A DNA stretch of 64,000 nt from an uncultured Gammaproteobacteria bacterium. GTDB taxonomy: Bacteria; Patescibacteriota; Microgenomatia; UBA8517. This document shows positions 1 through 9,520 of the stretch, one piece after another (within the stretch, counting starts at the first letter, position 1; each line of letters begins with the position of its first letter). The DNA lies in the NCBI GenBank assembly GCA_964645605.1, contig CAZYCE010000002.1:3256-67255 (forward strand). Reading direction: 5' to 3'. The translations under genes were made by a program, and so were the position numbers. Below the pieces are notes generated by a model. The model was not told the DNA's origin and did not search any database. It worked only from the letters and a program-made list of their open reading frames with translations.

Positions 1-936
1 TGAGGCAGAAGCGCTTGTTCCTTGAAGGTGGGCAACATCATAGCATTCAATCCTATTTAGTTTTTTTATCTCAAGTCCAAATTTATTTAAAATACTTATT
101 AACGCCCCAAGCTCTTTTCCCCTGACGTCCTCATATAAATTAGGATTTTGTAAATAGGAATCAGTTGAAGTTCTCGGATTGATTATATAGTCCAGTTTCC
201 GGATTTTATCGCGTAAGATACTGGCTTGTTCAAAACTTTGTGAATCGGAATATGCTTTCATTTCCGCCTCAAGCCTTCTTTTTACCAAATTTGGCTTTCC
301 ATCAAGTAGTGAGCGCAAATTTCTAATGTTTTTTAAATAGATTGTTCTTTTGGCGGCCTTTATTGCAGGGTTTGCACTTTCTTCAATTTCATTTGGACAG
401 GGATTGCAAAGTCCCAATTGTGAGTAAAGACACGGCCTTTTGCCTATTTTGTGGTCGGAGTAAGGAAAAACCCTTCTTACGGTTTTAAGAACAGATTTTA
501 CACTTATTGATGAGGGAAAGGGTCCGTAAATAGAAATGCTTTGAATTTTGTTAAGATCCGGCTTTCTAAGGGTTATCACGCGGGGGTATTTTTCCTTGGT
601 TATCTCTATATAAAGAGGATTTTTATCGTCTTTAGAAACAATATTAAATTTTGGTTGGTAATTTTTAATTAATTTAGCCTCTAAAAGCAATGCCTCGAGC
701 TCATTTGCAACTTTGATATAAGAAATTTCCTGAGCCTCACCCATCATGTGGGCTGTTTTTGTCTCTAGTTTAAGTCTAAAATATGAAGCTACTCTTTTTT
801 TTAAATTAATTGCTTTACCTACATATATTGGATAACCATTTTTGAAATAAATATACACTCCGGGTGTATCCGGAAAATCCAGGTAAACCCTAGGGCTTAA
901 TTTGATCTTTTGTAGTTTGGTTATCAACTTTTCCAT
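1..936 (-). CDS. uvrC: Excinuclease ABC subunit C (UvrC), N-terminal part. The gene continues past the left edge of the window.
   Basis: I translated the reverse strand by hand. It begins MEKLITKLQKIKLSPRVYLDFPDTPGVYIYFKNGYPIYVGKAINLKKRVASYF, which is the GIY-YIG nuclease motif at the UvrC N-terminus. The ATG at 934-936 overlaps the last ~47 nt of the upstream ORF. The supplied ORF track does not list this ORF because no stop codon falls inside the window. Confidence 0.8.
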   Translation of the reverse strand, partial: MEKLITKLQKIKLSPRVYLDFPDTPGVYIYFKNGYPIYVGKAINLKKRVASYFRLKLETKTAHMMGEAQEISYIKVANELEALLLEAKLIKNYQPKFNIVSKDDKNPLYIEITKEKYPRVITLRKPDLNKIQSISIYGPFPSSISVKSVLKTVRRVFPYSDHKIGKRPCLYSQLGLCNPCPNEIEESANPAIKAAKRTIYLKNIRNLRSLLDGKPNLVKRRLEAEMKAYSDSQSFEQASILRDKIRKLDYIINPRTSTDSYLQNPNLYEDVRGKELGALISILNKFGLEIKKLNRIECYDVAHLQGTSASAS

Positions 937-2791
937 CGCCAATCTTTTCAGAAGGCCTTATTTTAGCAAATCTGGCAAAGATATTTATTTTTTTAACCTT
1001 CAGAAAAATATAAAGCATTATCAGAAGCAAAACGATCAAGGCAATTGCAAGACTGTCTACAACTATTTGCTTTTTGTTGGTAAGAACTTGCGCTTCACTC
1101 GATCCGACCGAGACTTTAATTACATTAGGCATATCCTTGCCTAAAAAACTATGTTTAAGGGTAAGATCAATTTGATTTTTGGAAAATGGAGGAAGAATAC
1201 TGATTGACTCTCTCGCCTTTTGGGTTAAATCGTAATATATGGTTGGATATACGGAATAAAGAGCTACCGGCCCGGGATTGGAAATGGTTACCTTATATAT
1301 GCTGCTAAAAAAGGGAAGTGTTCTAAGAGGCTCTATTGACACCTTAGGGTTAGAAATTTTGCCATTCGGTAATGTTCCAAATGATACATAAACATCTTTT
1401 TGTGGGTTGGGACCAAGTTTGTATGATCCGGGTGGGTATGGTTCTCGGGGACTTTTTCCGTGGATTACAAAAGCAAAATGCCTTAGATCCAGTTTATTAA
1501 AAAAATCAACTCCTCCGGTAGTAGAACCCCAGGTTGGATCAATTGGAATCCAGACACCCTTATCCTTGTCGTAATATTCAGGCCATGAATGAAGCACGTC
1601 TGCTACAAGCCCCAACGGTTGAAGATCTGGGTTTTCAGTATATGCATATCCGTTTATCTCGCGGGCCGGAATACCGGCCGCCCTGGCGATCGCGATAAAA
1701 AGGTCGGTAAATTCCATACAAATGGCTTGCGACGGATTTTTAAGGGCCTCAACCGCCCCCATTCTCTGGACATTCGGCTGAACACGTTCGACTGAATAGT
1801 TTAAAGTTTTTGAAACATAATCATAAATGGCCTTAGGCGTTTTAAGCTGGCGTGCAAGCTCTTGTATTTTAGGGTCATTTACTTGCCAGTATTCGGTTTC
1901 GGCAAGATCGTCATTAAGTTCTTGATTGGATGGTTTGGTAAAACTTCTATAACTTGCAAAAATTTGTACAGCTCCGGTAACGGTTACATCCACCCTTTCT
2001 CTTGGAGATAAATCAAAAAGAGCCATCCAATTTCCGTCTTGGTCAATAATTACATTTGTTGGTTTAGGTTCAATTTTTTGAATATACACCTTCTGAAATG
2101 CGGTATCGGGGGGCAAGGCTATTTGTGTAGTTGAGGATTTAGACAACGGATTTTCAAGATGATAGGCGAGATTAAAAGAAAATATCTGAAATTGACCAAA
2201 CCCGGCGCTAACACCTGTCTTCATTAAGCTTTCCTTCGAAAAAATATATAAATAGCCCGTTTCATTTTGCTCTTTGGATAAAGGCGAAGGCGAAATATAT
2301 GCTTCAAGTCCGAAACTTTTGGGAATTTTGAGTGTTAACCGATAATTTCTAAAATTACTATCATCACCCAGTTTGGGAATAGACACCTCCCAAATCTCTC
2401 CGGTTCTTACCGCAAAACTTGTATTTTCGTAAGAAATTGAGAAATGTCTTTGAACACCCCTTCCCACACTTGTATCGGAAAACGTAACTTTTATATTTGT
2501 AATATTTCCATTCTTTTGAACGTCAACCGGAAAAACCACATTGGAATCGCTCATAGCCTTTATATTGGTTGCATCAATGTTTTCAAGACCAAGTGTGTAT
2601 GAAGTTGCGTAAAAATCTGAAAAATTATTCTCAAGCGTAACATTATGGGTGACAATAGCTCTCCCGTTATCTTGAATGTTATAGATAACATTTGAGTCAA
2701 CTGAAAATTCACCCTCGGCCTTAACGGGCGCACCAATTACTAAGAATATGAAACTGAAAACTGTGAGGAAAAAATACTTTAAAAACTTCAT
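890..2791 (-). CDS. Membrane-anchored transglutaminase-like protein. It has an N-terminal signal peptide and a C-terminal transmembrane segment.
   Basis: A transglutaminase-like cysteine protease core is present. The Cys sits in CMEFTDLFIAIARAAGIPAREINGYAY and the His/Asp in HSWPEYYD. There is a hydrophobic N-terminus and a C-terminal helix LAIALIVLLLIMLYIFL. Confidence 0.6.
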   Translation of the reverse strand: MKFLKYFFLTVFSFIFLVIGAPVKAEGEFSVDSNVIYNIQDNGRAIVTHNVTLENNFSDFYATSYTLGLENIDATNIKAMSDSNVVFPVDVQKNGNITNIKVTFSDTSVGRGVQRHFSISYENTSFAVRTGEIWEVSIPKLGDDSNFRNYRLTLKIPKSFGLEAYISPSPLSKEQNETGYLYIFSKESLMKTGVSAGFGQFQIFSFNLAYHLENPLSKSSTTQIALPPDTAFQKVYIQKIEPKPTNVIIDQDGNWMALFDLSPRERVDVTVTGAVQIFASYRSFTKPSNQELNDDLAETEYWQVNDPKIQELARQLKTPKAIYDYVSKTLNYSVERVQPNVQRMGAVEALKNPSQAICMEFTDLFIAIARAAGIPAREINGYAYTENPDLQPLGLVADVLHSWPEYYDKDKGVWIPIDPTWGSTTGGVDFFNKLDLRHFAFVIHGKSPREPYPPGSYKLGPNPQKDVYVSFGTLPNGKISNPKVSIEPLRTLPFFSSIYKVTISNPGPVALYSVYPTIYYDLTQKARESISILPPFSKNQIDLTLKHSFLGKDMPNVIKVSVGSSEAQVLTNKKQIVVDSLAIALIVLLLIMLYIFLKVKKINIFARFAKIRPSEKIGDGKVDNQTTKDQIKP

Positions 2792-2810
2792 GACTAAGTA
2801 TAACCTAAAA

Positions 2811-5750
2811 TTATTTCAGATACTGCCCCGTGTACGAAGATTTAGACTTAGCTAGATCGGACGGTTTCCCTGTTGCTACAACATATCCTCCCGCATCTCC
2901 ACCTTCGGGTCCCAAATCGATTATCCAATCACTGTTTTTAACTACATCCAGGTTATGCTCGATCACGAATACGGAATTGCCCTTCTGTACGAGCAGTTTA
3001 AGTACTTTGAGAAGCTTTTCTACATCTGCAAAATGGAGGCCTGTTGTAGGCTCGTCCAGAATATATACGGTTCTTCCAGTTGCACGTCTTGAAAGCTCTG
3101 CTGCCAACTTTACCCTTTGTGCCTCACCTCCGGAAAGGGTCGTAGCAGGCTGGCCCAGCTCCATATAACCAAGCCCCACCAAGGAAAGCGTTTCCAATTT
3201 TTGCTCAATCTGAGGATGTGCGTGAAAAAACTCCAGTGCTTCATCAACAGTCATCCCTAAAACTTCTGCAATATTTTTACCTCTATATGTAACCTCAAGT
3301 GTTTGGGCATTGTAGCGTTTTCCGTGACAAACATCGCAGGTTATCCAAATATCACTCATAAACTGCATTTCTATCTTAATTTGTCCCTGTCCCTCACAAG
3401 CCTCACACCTTCCCCCTCTGACGTTAAAAGAAAACCTCCCTTTCTTAAATCCTAAAGTTTTAGACTCTCGTGTTGCCGTAAATACATCACGTATAGGGTC
3501 AAAAAGTCCCGTATATGTGGCCGGATTGCTTCTGGGCGTTCTTCCAATCGGACTTTGATCTATCAAAATAGCCTTATCTATATAATCCAAACCTTCTACT
3601 TTTTTGTACCCACTGGTTTCACCTCTATAGTTTGGGTTAAGCTCCTTCTGCAAGGCTGGGTAAAGCGTATCAACAAGAAGCGTTGATTTTCCGGATCCCG
3701 ATACTCCTGTTATCGAAACAAGCCTTTGAAGCGGAAATTCAACATTGATATTTTTAAGATTGTATTTGTCGGCACCTATAAGTTTTAATATTTCGTTATG
3801 ATTAAATGAGAACTGTTGTGATCCTAAAATAACCTTCTTTTTACCCGATAGATATTTTCCGGTAATAGAATTAGGATTGGCTTTAATTTGGATAGGGGTA
3901 CCCGTTGCAACAACCTCTCCGCCCTTTTTTCCTGCACCTGGACCGAAGTCGGCTATAAAATCGGATTGGTTCATCATTTCGGCATCATGCTCCACAACTA
4001 TGACGGTGTTACCCAAATCTCTGAGTTTTTTAAGCGTATCGATTAGTTTTTGATCATCTTTCGGGTGAAGCCCGATGGTGGGTTCATCAAGAACATAGAG
4101 TACCCCCGTCAAACCGGATCCTATCTGACTTGCCAGTCTGATTCTTTGGGATTCGCCTCCGGAAAGAGAACCCGCAACTCTATTCAATGTTAAATATTCA
4201 AGTCCTACAGAAACCAAAAAATTAAGTCTTCCGACAGTCTCTTTGATAATAAGTCTCGATATTTCTTTCTCCCTAGCGTTTGTAACGTCTGTTCCCGAAA
4301 GACTTTCTATCCAATTGATGGATTTAATTATTGAAAATGCCGTAACTTCGGCAATAGATAACCCTCCAATTGTAATAGAGAGAGCCTCTTTCTTAAGTCT
4401 TGTCCCGTTGCAATTCGGACAAATCCTCTCTCTCATATATTTTCTGATTTCATCTTTTACCCAATCACTGTCACTCTCGTTATATTTTCTTTCAAGTTCG
4501 GCAACAAAACCACTGAACTTCTCGTAAATATAAGTCTCGTTCCCAAATCTATTGGTACCGTAAACTTTATACAGCCTATCTCCTGTACCGTTAAGCAGTA
4601 TATTTATATTTTCTTGTGATAAGTTCTTAATCGGTGTTCTCATATCTATTTTGTTTTCCTCACACATTTGCTTGATTATTCTTCCATACCATGTTTCGTG
4701 TTCAAAAGTATTTGCGAAAGGTAAAATCCCACCTTCGTTAATGGTAAGTTCCGGAGAAAATATCAAATCAGGTTCAACTTTCAAAATCTTACCCAAACCT
4801 GCACACGTAGAACATGCTCCCTGAGGCGAGTTAAATGAAAAGGTTCTTGGTTCTATTTCCGGAAGACTTATGTTGTCGACCGGACAAGCAAAACGCTCGG
4901 AAAAAAGATGGTCCTCGAATTTTTTTGGGTATGCCGGCACGGTAAACTCCTTATCTAAAATTTGCGCAAAAACGACAAGTCCTTCCGAAAGATTTAAGGC
5001 TTGCTGAATTGAATCGGCTAGTCTGTTTTTAAGTTCCGATTTTGATGGAATACCTTTATATCCCTTTTCCGTGACAATAATTTTGTCAATTACAGCCTCA
5101 ATTGTATGTTTATTTGTTTTAATAAGTATTAAATCCTCCGACAAATCATGAATATATCCATCTATTCTTACTTGCCTGTAACCCTTGCTCTTGAGATTTT
5201 CAAACAGTTGAGAAAACTCGCCTTTCCGTTCTTGAACAACGGGAGAAAGCACCAGAAACCAGGCCTTTTTATTTATTTTTATTGTATCTTCAATCAGTTT
5301 TTGTGCCTGATCGACTATCTGGTCGATTGTTTGGTGCGATATTTCCCTTCCGCATATTGGGCAATGAGGATGCCCTATTCTGGCAAATAAGAGCCTTAAA
5401 TAATCGTATATTTCAGTAACAGTACCCACTGTTGAGCGTGGATTGTGAGAAGTTGTTTTTTGATCGATTGATATGGCAGGAGATAAACCTTCTATTGAAT
5501 CTACGTCCGGTTTTTCCATAATTCCCAAAAACTGCCTCGCATAGCTTGAAAGAGACTCTACATAACGTCTTTGCCCTTCCGCATAAAGTGTATCGAAGGC
5601 CAGTGAACTTTTCCCGCTGCCCGAAACACCTGTTAAAACAACCAGCTTATTTTTGGGAATATCAAGATCAACATTTTTAAGATTATGTTGCCTGGCACCC
5701 CTAATTTTAATGAATTGATTAGATTGATCCATTTTTATATGTCCTTGCAA
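2811..5750 (-). CDS. uvrA: Excinuclease ABC subunit A (UvrA)
   Basis: The protein is 979 aa. It carries [57 protein letters not shown], two ABC ATPase modules (GVSGSGKS appears twice), LSGGE signatures and zinc-finger Cys clusters. Confidence 0.95.
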   Translation of the reverse strand: MQGHIKMDQSNQFIKIRGARQHNLKNVDLDIPKNKLVVLTGVSGSGKSSLAFDTLYAEGQRRYVESLSSYARQFLGIMEKPDVDSIEGLSPAISIDQKTTSHNPRSTVGTVTEIYDYLRLLFARIGHPHCPICGREISHQTIDQIVDQAQKLIEDTIKINKKAWFLVLSPVVQERKGEFSQLFENLKSKGYRQVRIDGYIHDLSEDLILIKTNKHTIEAVIDKIIVTEKGYKGIPSKSELKNRLADSIQQALNLSEGLVVFAQILDKEFTVPAYPKKFEDHLFSERFACPVDNISLPEIEPRTFSFNSPQGACSTCAGLGKILKVEPDLIFSPELTINEGGILPFANTFEHETWYGRIIKQMCEENKIDMRTPIKNLSQENINILLNGTGDRLYKVYGTNRFGNETYIYEKFSGFVAELERKYNESDSDWVKDEIRKYMRERICPNCNGTRLKKEALSITIGGLSIAEVTAFSIIKSINWIESLSGTDVTNAREKEISRLIIKETVGRLNFLVSVGLEYLTLNRVAGSLSGGESQRIRLASQIGSGLTGVLYVLDEPTIGLHPKDDQKLIDTLKKLRDLGNTVIVVEHDAEMMNQSDFIADFGPGAGKKGGEVVATGTPIQIKANPNSITGKYLSGKKKVILGSQQFSFNHNEILKLIGADKYNLKNINVEFPLQRLVSITGVSGSGKSTLLVDTLYPALQKELNPNYRGETSGYKKVEGLDYIDKAILIDQSPIGRTPRSNPATYTGLFDPIRDVFTATRESKTLGFKKGRFSFNVRGGRCEACEGQGQIKIEMQFMSDIWITCDVCHGKRYNAQTLEVTYRGKNIAEVLGMTVDEALEFFHAHPQIEQKLETLSLVGLGYMELGQPATTLSGGEAQRVKLAAELSRRATGRTVYILDEPTTGLHFADVEKLLKVLKLLVQKGNSVFVIEHNLDVVKNSDWIIDLGPEGGDAGGYVVATGKPSDLAKSKSSYTGQYLK

Positions 5751-6081
5751 GGATCAACCTTACAAGTGTATATAGTATTTTTTCACGCAAACCACCCGCC
5801 GGTTCTACCCGGTGGACAAGGAATTATAACATAGATTATTGACCGGATAACCTAGACTTACAAACCAAAATTTTTGGCACATTTGAGATACCTTGAAATC
5901 CCTGTCAGAATACCTGTAAGTGGTGTTTGACGACTAATGGTATTAGGGAGATCGAATCCACCACCCTAAATGTAGGATAGACAAACAGAATGCCGATAGA
6001 AAAGGGTTCGGATAAACTAAGCTCTAACCCGGAAAGCTATGTTGTTCAGAGAAAAAATAAAAATAAAAGTTCTGGGGTTAA

Positions 6082-8130
6082 TTACAGATTTATCTCCTTT
6101 ATCTTGTCCCTAATTTCCGCTGCAAGCTCGAAATTCAGGTCTTGGGCTGCGAGGCGCATTTCGGTGGTCAGATTTTTAACTAGACGTTTTTTCTCCATGG
6201 GGGTCATGGCGTCAATCTCCATATGAGGCAGGCTGGCAAAAATGGGTTCTTTTTCACCAAATATCCAAGGAGCTTTTTCTCCCTCGGACCTATCAATAAG
6301 CTTCTCGCGAATGGGCTTGGTGATGCTTATAGGCGTGATTCCGTGCTTTTTGTTGTAGGCAAGCTGGTACTTACGCCTGCGTTTGACTTCAGAAAGTGCT
6401 CTTTTCATGGAGCCGGTCATTCTATCGGCATACATAATAACGCGTCCCTCAACGTGTCTGGCGGCTCTACCCATCGTCTGGATAAGGGTTACGTCACTTC
6501 GGAGGAATCCCTCTTTATCTGCATCAAGAATAGCCACAAGACTTACCTCCGGAAGATCAAGGCCTTCACGAAGAAGGTTGATTCCTACCAAAACATCATA
6601 TTTTCCGCCCCTAAGATCATCTAAGATGTCCGTGCGGTCCAGAGTGGCCACATCCGAATGCAAATATTGCACCTTTAATCCCTGTTCGGATAAATAAGCA
6701 CTCAAATCCTCCGCCGTTTTCTTTGTAAGGGTGGTAACAAGCGTACGCTGTCCTTTGGCTGTTACTTTTTTGATCTCTTCAATTACATCGGCAACTTGGT
6801 TTTTGATCGGTCTAACATCAACTTCGGGATCCGGAATTCCCGTTGGACGAACCAGTAATTCCACAACCCCCGTCTCTGAGACCCCGCGGGTATAAGTCTT
6901 GGATAGTGATGTTTCCCACTTATTTGGAGTGGCCGAGCTGGCGATAAAATTCGGAATTCTTCTCATAAACTCATCGAATTTCAATGGTCTGTTATCAAGG
7001 GCAGAAGGTAGCCTGAAGCCGTAATCTATTAAAGTCTGTTTTCTGGCAAGGTCACCATTGTACATACCTCGTATTTGCGGAAAAGTCATATGGCTTTCAT
7101 CAACCATTAGTGTCCAGTTATCTTTGTACGGCTCGTTAAAATAGTCCAGAAGTGAAAACGGAGGGTCTCCGGGACTCCTTCCGTCAAAATATCTTGAATA
7201 ATTCTCGATCCCTTTTACGTAACCAACTTCTTTTATCATCTCAAGATCGTAGGTTACTTTTTGAGCAATTCTGTGCGCTTCCAGTTCTTTTCCCTGATTT
7301 TTTAATTCTTTAACTCTAAAATTTAAATCATTCATGATATTTTTAAATACCTCATCATAGTTTTCGGGGTCTGTCATAAAATGTTTGGCAGGATAAAGCA
7401 CGAAGGAAGTAGGATCGTAGCCGTCTTTAGTCGACATTTTTTCGCCGCTAACGGTATTTATCATTTCAATTTTAGCAATCACGTTTTCTGCAAATTCGAT
7501 ATGTACCCCCTGATCAAGATAGGCGGGGTAAACATCGACAGAATTCCCTCTAACACGGAATGTTCCCCTGTCAAACCCGAATTCACTTCTTTCATACTGC
7601 AGATCGACAATTCTATCGATAATTTGTTCTCGGGTGACTTTCATACCCTCCGTTATTTCCAGAACAAAATGGCCGTATTCAAGGGGAGAACCGATATTAT
7701 AAATACAGGAGACGGAGGCTACAACAATGGTATCCGTCCTGGTCAGCAAATTGGTTGTGGCAGCCAGGCGGAGTTTATCTATGGTTTCATTGATATCCGC
7801 ATCTTTTTCAATGTAAGTATCCGTTGATGGAATATAAGCCTCAGGCTGGTAGTAGTCATAATATGAAACAAAGTAAGAGACCGCATTTTCAGGAAAAAAA
7901 TCTCTTAGTTCCTGATAGAGCTGCGCTGCCAAGGTTTTATTATGAGAGATAATCAATGTAGGACGCTGGACTTTGGCTATCACATTCGCCAGGGTAAATG
8001 TTTTACCGGAACCCGTAACCCCAAGAAGAGTCTGGTATTTATCCCCTCGCATAATGGCATTGGAAAGAGATTCCACCGCCTTTTCTTGATCGGGGATCAT
8101 TCTGTATTCAGATTTTAGTTTAAATTTCAT
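6082..8130 (-). CDS. uvrB: Excinuclease ABC subunit B (UvrB)
   Basis: The protein is 682 aa. It carries the TLLGVTGSGKTFTLANVI Walker A motif, the YYDYYQPEAY beta-hairpin region, helicase motifs, and a C-terminal UVR domain (AAEIRDKIKEI). Confidence 0.95.
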   Translation of the reverse strand: MKFKLKSEYRMIPDQEKAVESLSNAIMRGDKYQTLLGVTGSGKTFTLANVIAKVQRPTLIISHNKTLAAQLYQELRDFFPENAVSYFVSYYDYYQPEAYIPSTDTYIEKDADINETIDKLRLAATTNLLTRTDTIVVASVSCIYNIGSPLEYGHFVLEITEGMKVTREQIIDRIVDLQYERSEFGFDRGTFRVRGNSVDVYPAYLDQGVHIEFAENVIAKIEMINTVSGEKMSTKDGYDPTSFVLYPAKHFMTDPENYDEVFKNIMNDLNFRVKELKNQGKELEAHRIAQKVTYDLEMIKEVGYVKGIENYSRYFDGRSPGDPPFSLLDYFNEPYKDNWTLMVDESHMTFPQIRGMYNGDLARKQTLIDYGFRLPSALDNRPLKFDEFMRRIPNFIASSATPNKWETSLSKTYTRGVSETGVVELLVRPTGIPDPEVDVRPIKNQVADVIEEIKKVTAKGQRTLVTTLTKKTAEDLSAYLSEQGLKVQYLHSDVATLDRTDILDDLRGGKYDVLVGINLLREGLDLPEVSLVAILDADKEGFLRSDVTLIQTMGRAARHVEGRVIMYADRMTGSMKRALSEVKRRRKYQLAYNKKHGITPISITKPIREKLIDRSEGEKAPWIFGEKEPIFASLPHMEIDAMTPMEKKRLVKNLTTEMRLAAQDLNFELAAEIRDKIKEINL

Positions 8131-8151
8131 AATCTATATTTTATCATGGAG

Positions 8152-8170
8152 ACCAATGTCATATTTTGGT
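8152..8170. promoter_or_regulatory. Candidate operator dyad ACCAA-N9-TTGGT in the uvrB-lexA divergent intergenic region
   Basis: There is a perfect 5+5 inverted repeat, gACCAAtgtcatattTTGGTa. It lies between the divergently transcribed uvrB (start 8130) and lexA (probable ATG 8241). A possible -35/-10 pair TTGACG (8202-8207), 17-nt spacer, TAACTT lies downstream. This is inference only. Confidence 0.2.
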
Positions 8171-8240
8171 AAATGTTTGGGTTTGAATAAGAAAGATCCA
8201 GTTGACGTTTTCGGGTAATGTTTGTAACTTATATTTTAGT

Positions 8241-8864
8241 ATGGCACTTATCGTCTACCGGAAGCAACAGCAAATACTGGGTTTTATAAAGCAGTATATT
8301 GAACTCAATGGCTCGGCACCTACGTTAAAGCAAATTGCAAACGCAATAGGTGTTTCTTCTCTAGCAACGGTTCACGAGCATCTTCAATCACTTGAAGCAA
8401 AGGGGCTTATAAAGAGAAGGCAAGGAAAAGTACGCTCAATTGAGCTTATTGAAGGCGATACCGATTTAGTTAAGGCCGAAAACTTTAATGCACCCATCCT
8501 TGGCTTTATAGCTGCGGGGTCTCCGATCGAACCATATACAGATCCTAATGCAACCATGAGCATTCCCGTATCATTTGTTACCGGAAGCAAAAGAACATAC
8601 GTTCTTCAAGTGCGAGGTGAAAGCATGATTGAGGACGGAATTATGGATGGGGATAATGTAATTGTTGAACAAACCGAACAAGCCAAGGATGGAGATGTTG
8701 TTGTGGCGCTTCTGGATAACGGCATGGCTACACTCAAAAGATATTATAAAGAGGCAACTAGAATTAGACTTCAACCGGCCAACGCATCCATGCAACCAAT
8801 TTTTGTCAAAAATGTAAGAATTCAAGGAAAAGTTGTTGGACTTGTACGTAAATATAAGAATTAA
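8241..8864 (+). CDS. lexA: LexA repressor (S24 peptidase, SOS regulator)
   Basis: It has an N-terminal winged-HTH (TLKQIANAIGVSSLATVHEHLQSLEAKGLI), an Ala-Gly cleavage site (FIAAGSPIEP), the catalytic Ser in RGESMIEDGI and the catalytic Lys in ATLKRYY. The ORF track starts at a TTG at 8202. The in-frame ATG at 8241 (MALIVYRKQQQILGF...) is the more likely start. Confidence 0.85.
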   Translation: MALIVYRKQQQILGFIKQYIELNGSAPTLKQIANAIGVSSLATVHEHLQSLEAKGLIKRRQGKVRSIELIEGDTDLVKAENFNAPILGFIAAGSPIEPYTDPNATMSIPVSFVTGSKRTYVLQVRGESMIEDGIMDGDNVIVEQTEQAKDGDVVVALLDNGMATLKRYYKEATRIRLQPANASMQPIFVKNVRIQGKVVGLVRKYKN

Positions 8865-8872
8865 TTACCCGA

Positions 8873-9502
8873 TTATACCTTTTCTTCTTTCTTGATGTGC
8901 TTCCAAATATAAACAACCACAAGTAGGACGAATATTCCGATGATCACAAATTGAAACTTTCTAAAATATGGTTCAACCAAACCCCAGTTCTGGCCAAGCT
9001 TAAGCCCTATAAAAGCTAGGACTCCGGACCAAATAAATGATCCTATGAATGTTAAAAGGCTAAAAAGTTTAATGTCCATGTTAGCAATTCCGGCAGGTAA
9101 TGAAATAAAGGTCCTAACTATCGGTAGTAAACGCGAGCCAAAAGTAATTCCCTGGCCATATTTGCCAAACCAGGATAAAGATTTATCGAATTCGCCTTCT
9201 CGGATAAGAAAATACTTTCCCCATTTTCTGATCGCCTTCCTTATCCATTCCTCCCCCATTTTTCTACCCAGCCAAAAGGCCAAAAGCGAACCAATGAGAT
9301 TACCCAAGGCACCAATAGCTATGACCACCCAAATATTTAAAATGCCTAAACCGCTTAAAAAACCTGCGAAAGTCATTGTTACCTCTGACGGTATTGGAAT
9401 AAGGCAGCTTTCGGCAGTCATAAAAACAAACACAGCCAAATAGCCGTACGCAGAAATAAAGGATGTCAAAAATTGACCCAAAGCTTCAGTAATATTAGAC
9501 AT
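8873..9502 (-). CDS. DedA/TVP38 family membrane protein
   Basis: It is a polytopic membrane protein with the DedA-type re-entrant motif (ESCLIPIPSEVTMTFAGFLSG) and a RLLPIVRTFISLPAG segment. Confidence 0.7.
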   Translation of the reverse strand: MSNITEALGQFLTSFISAYGYLAVFVFMTAESCLIPIPSEVTMTFAGFLSGLGILNIWVVIAIGALGNLIGSLLAFWLGRKMGEEWIRKAIRKWGKYFLIREGEFDKSLSWFGKYGQGITFGSRLLPIVRTFISLPAGIANMDIKLFSLLTFIGSFIWSGVLAFIGLKLGQNWGLVEPYFRKFQFVIIGIFVLLVVVYIWKHIKKEEKV

Positions 9503-9520
9503 GATATAAGAGTATACTAA

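Noticed and set aside
8131-8240. Classical LexA boxes (CTGT-N8-ACAG, CGAACRNRYGTTYC, GTTC-N7-GTTC) upstream of lexA and uvrB
   Set aside because: None of these consensus sites is present. Only the ACCAA-N9-TTGGT dyad was found, and I report it as a candidate only.
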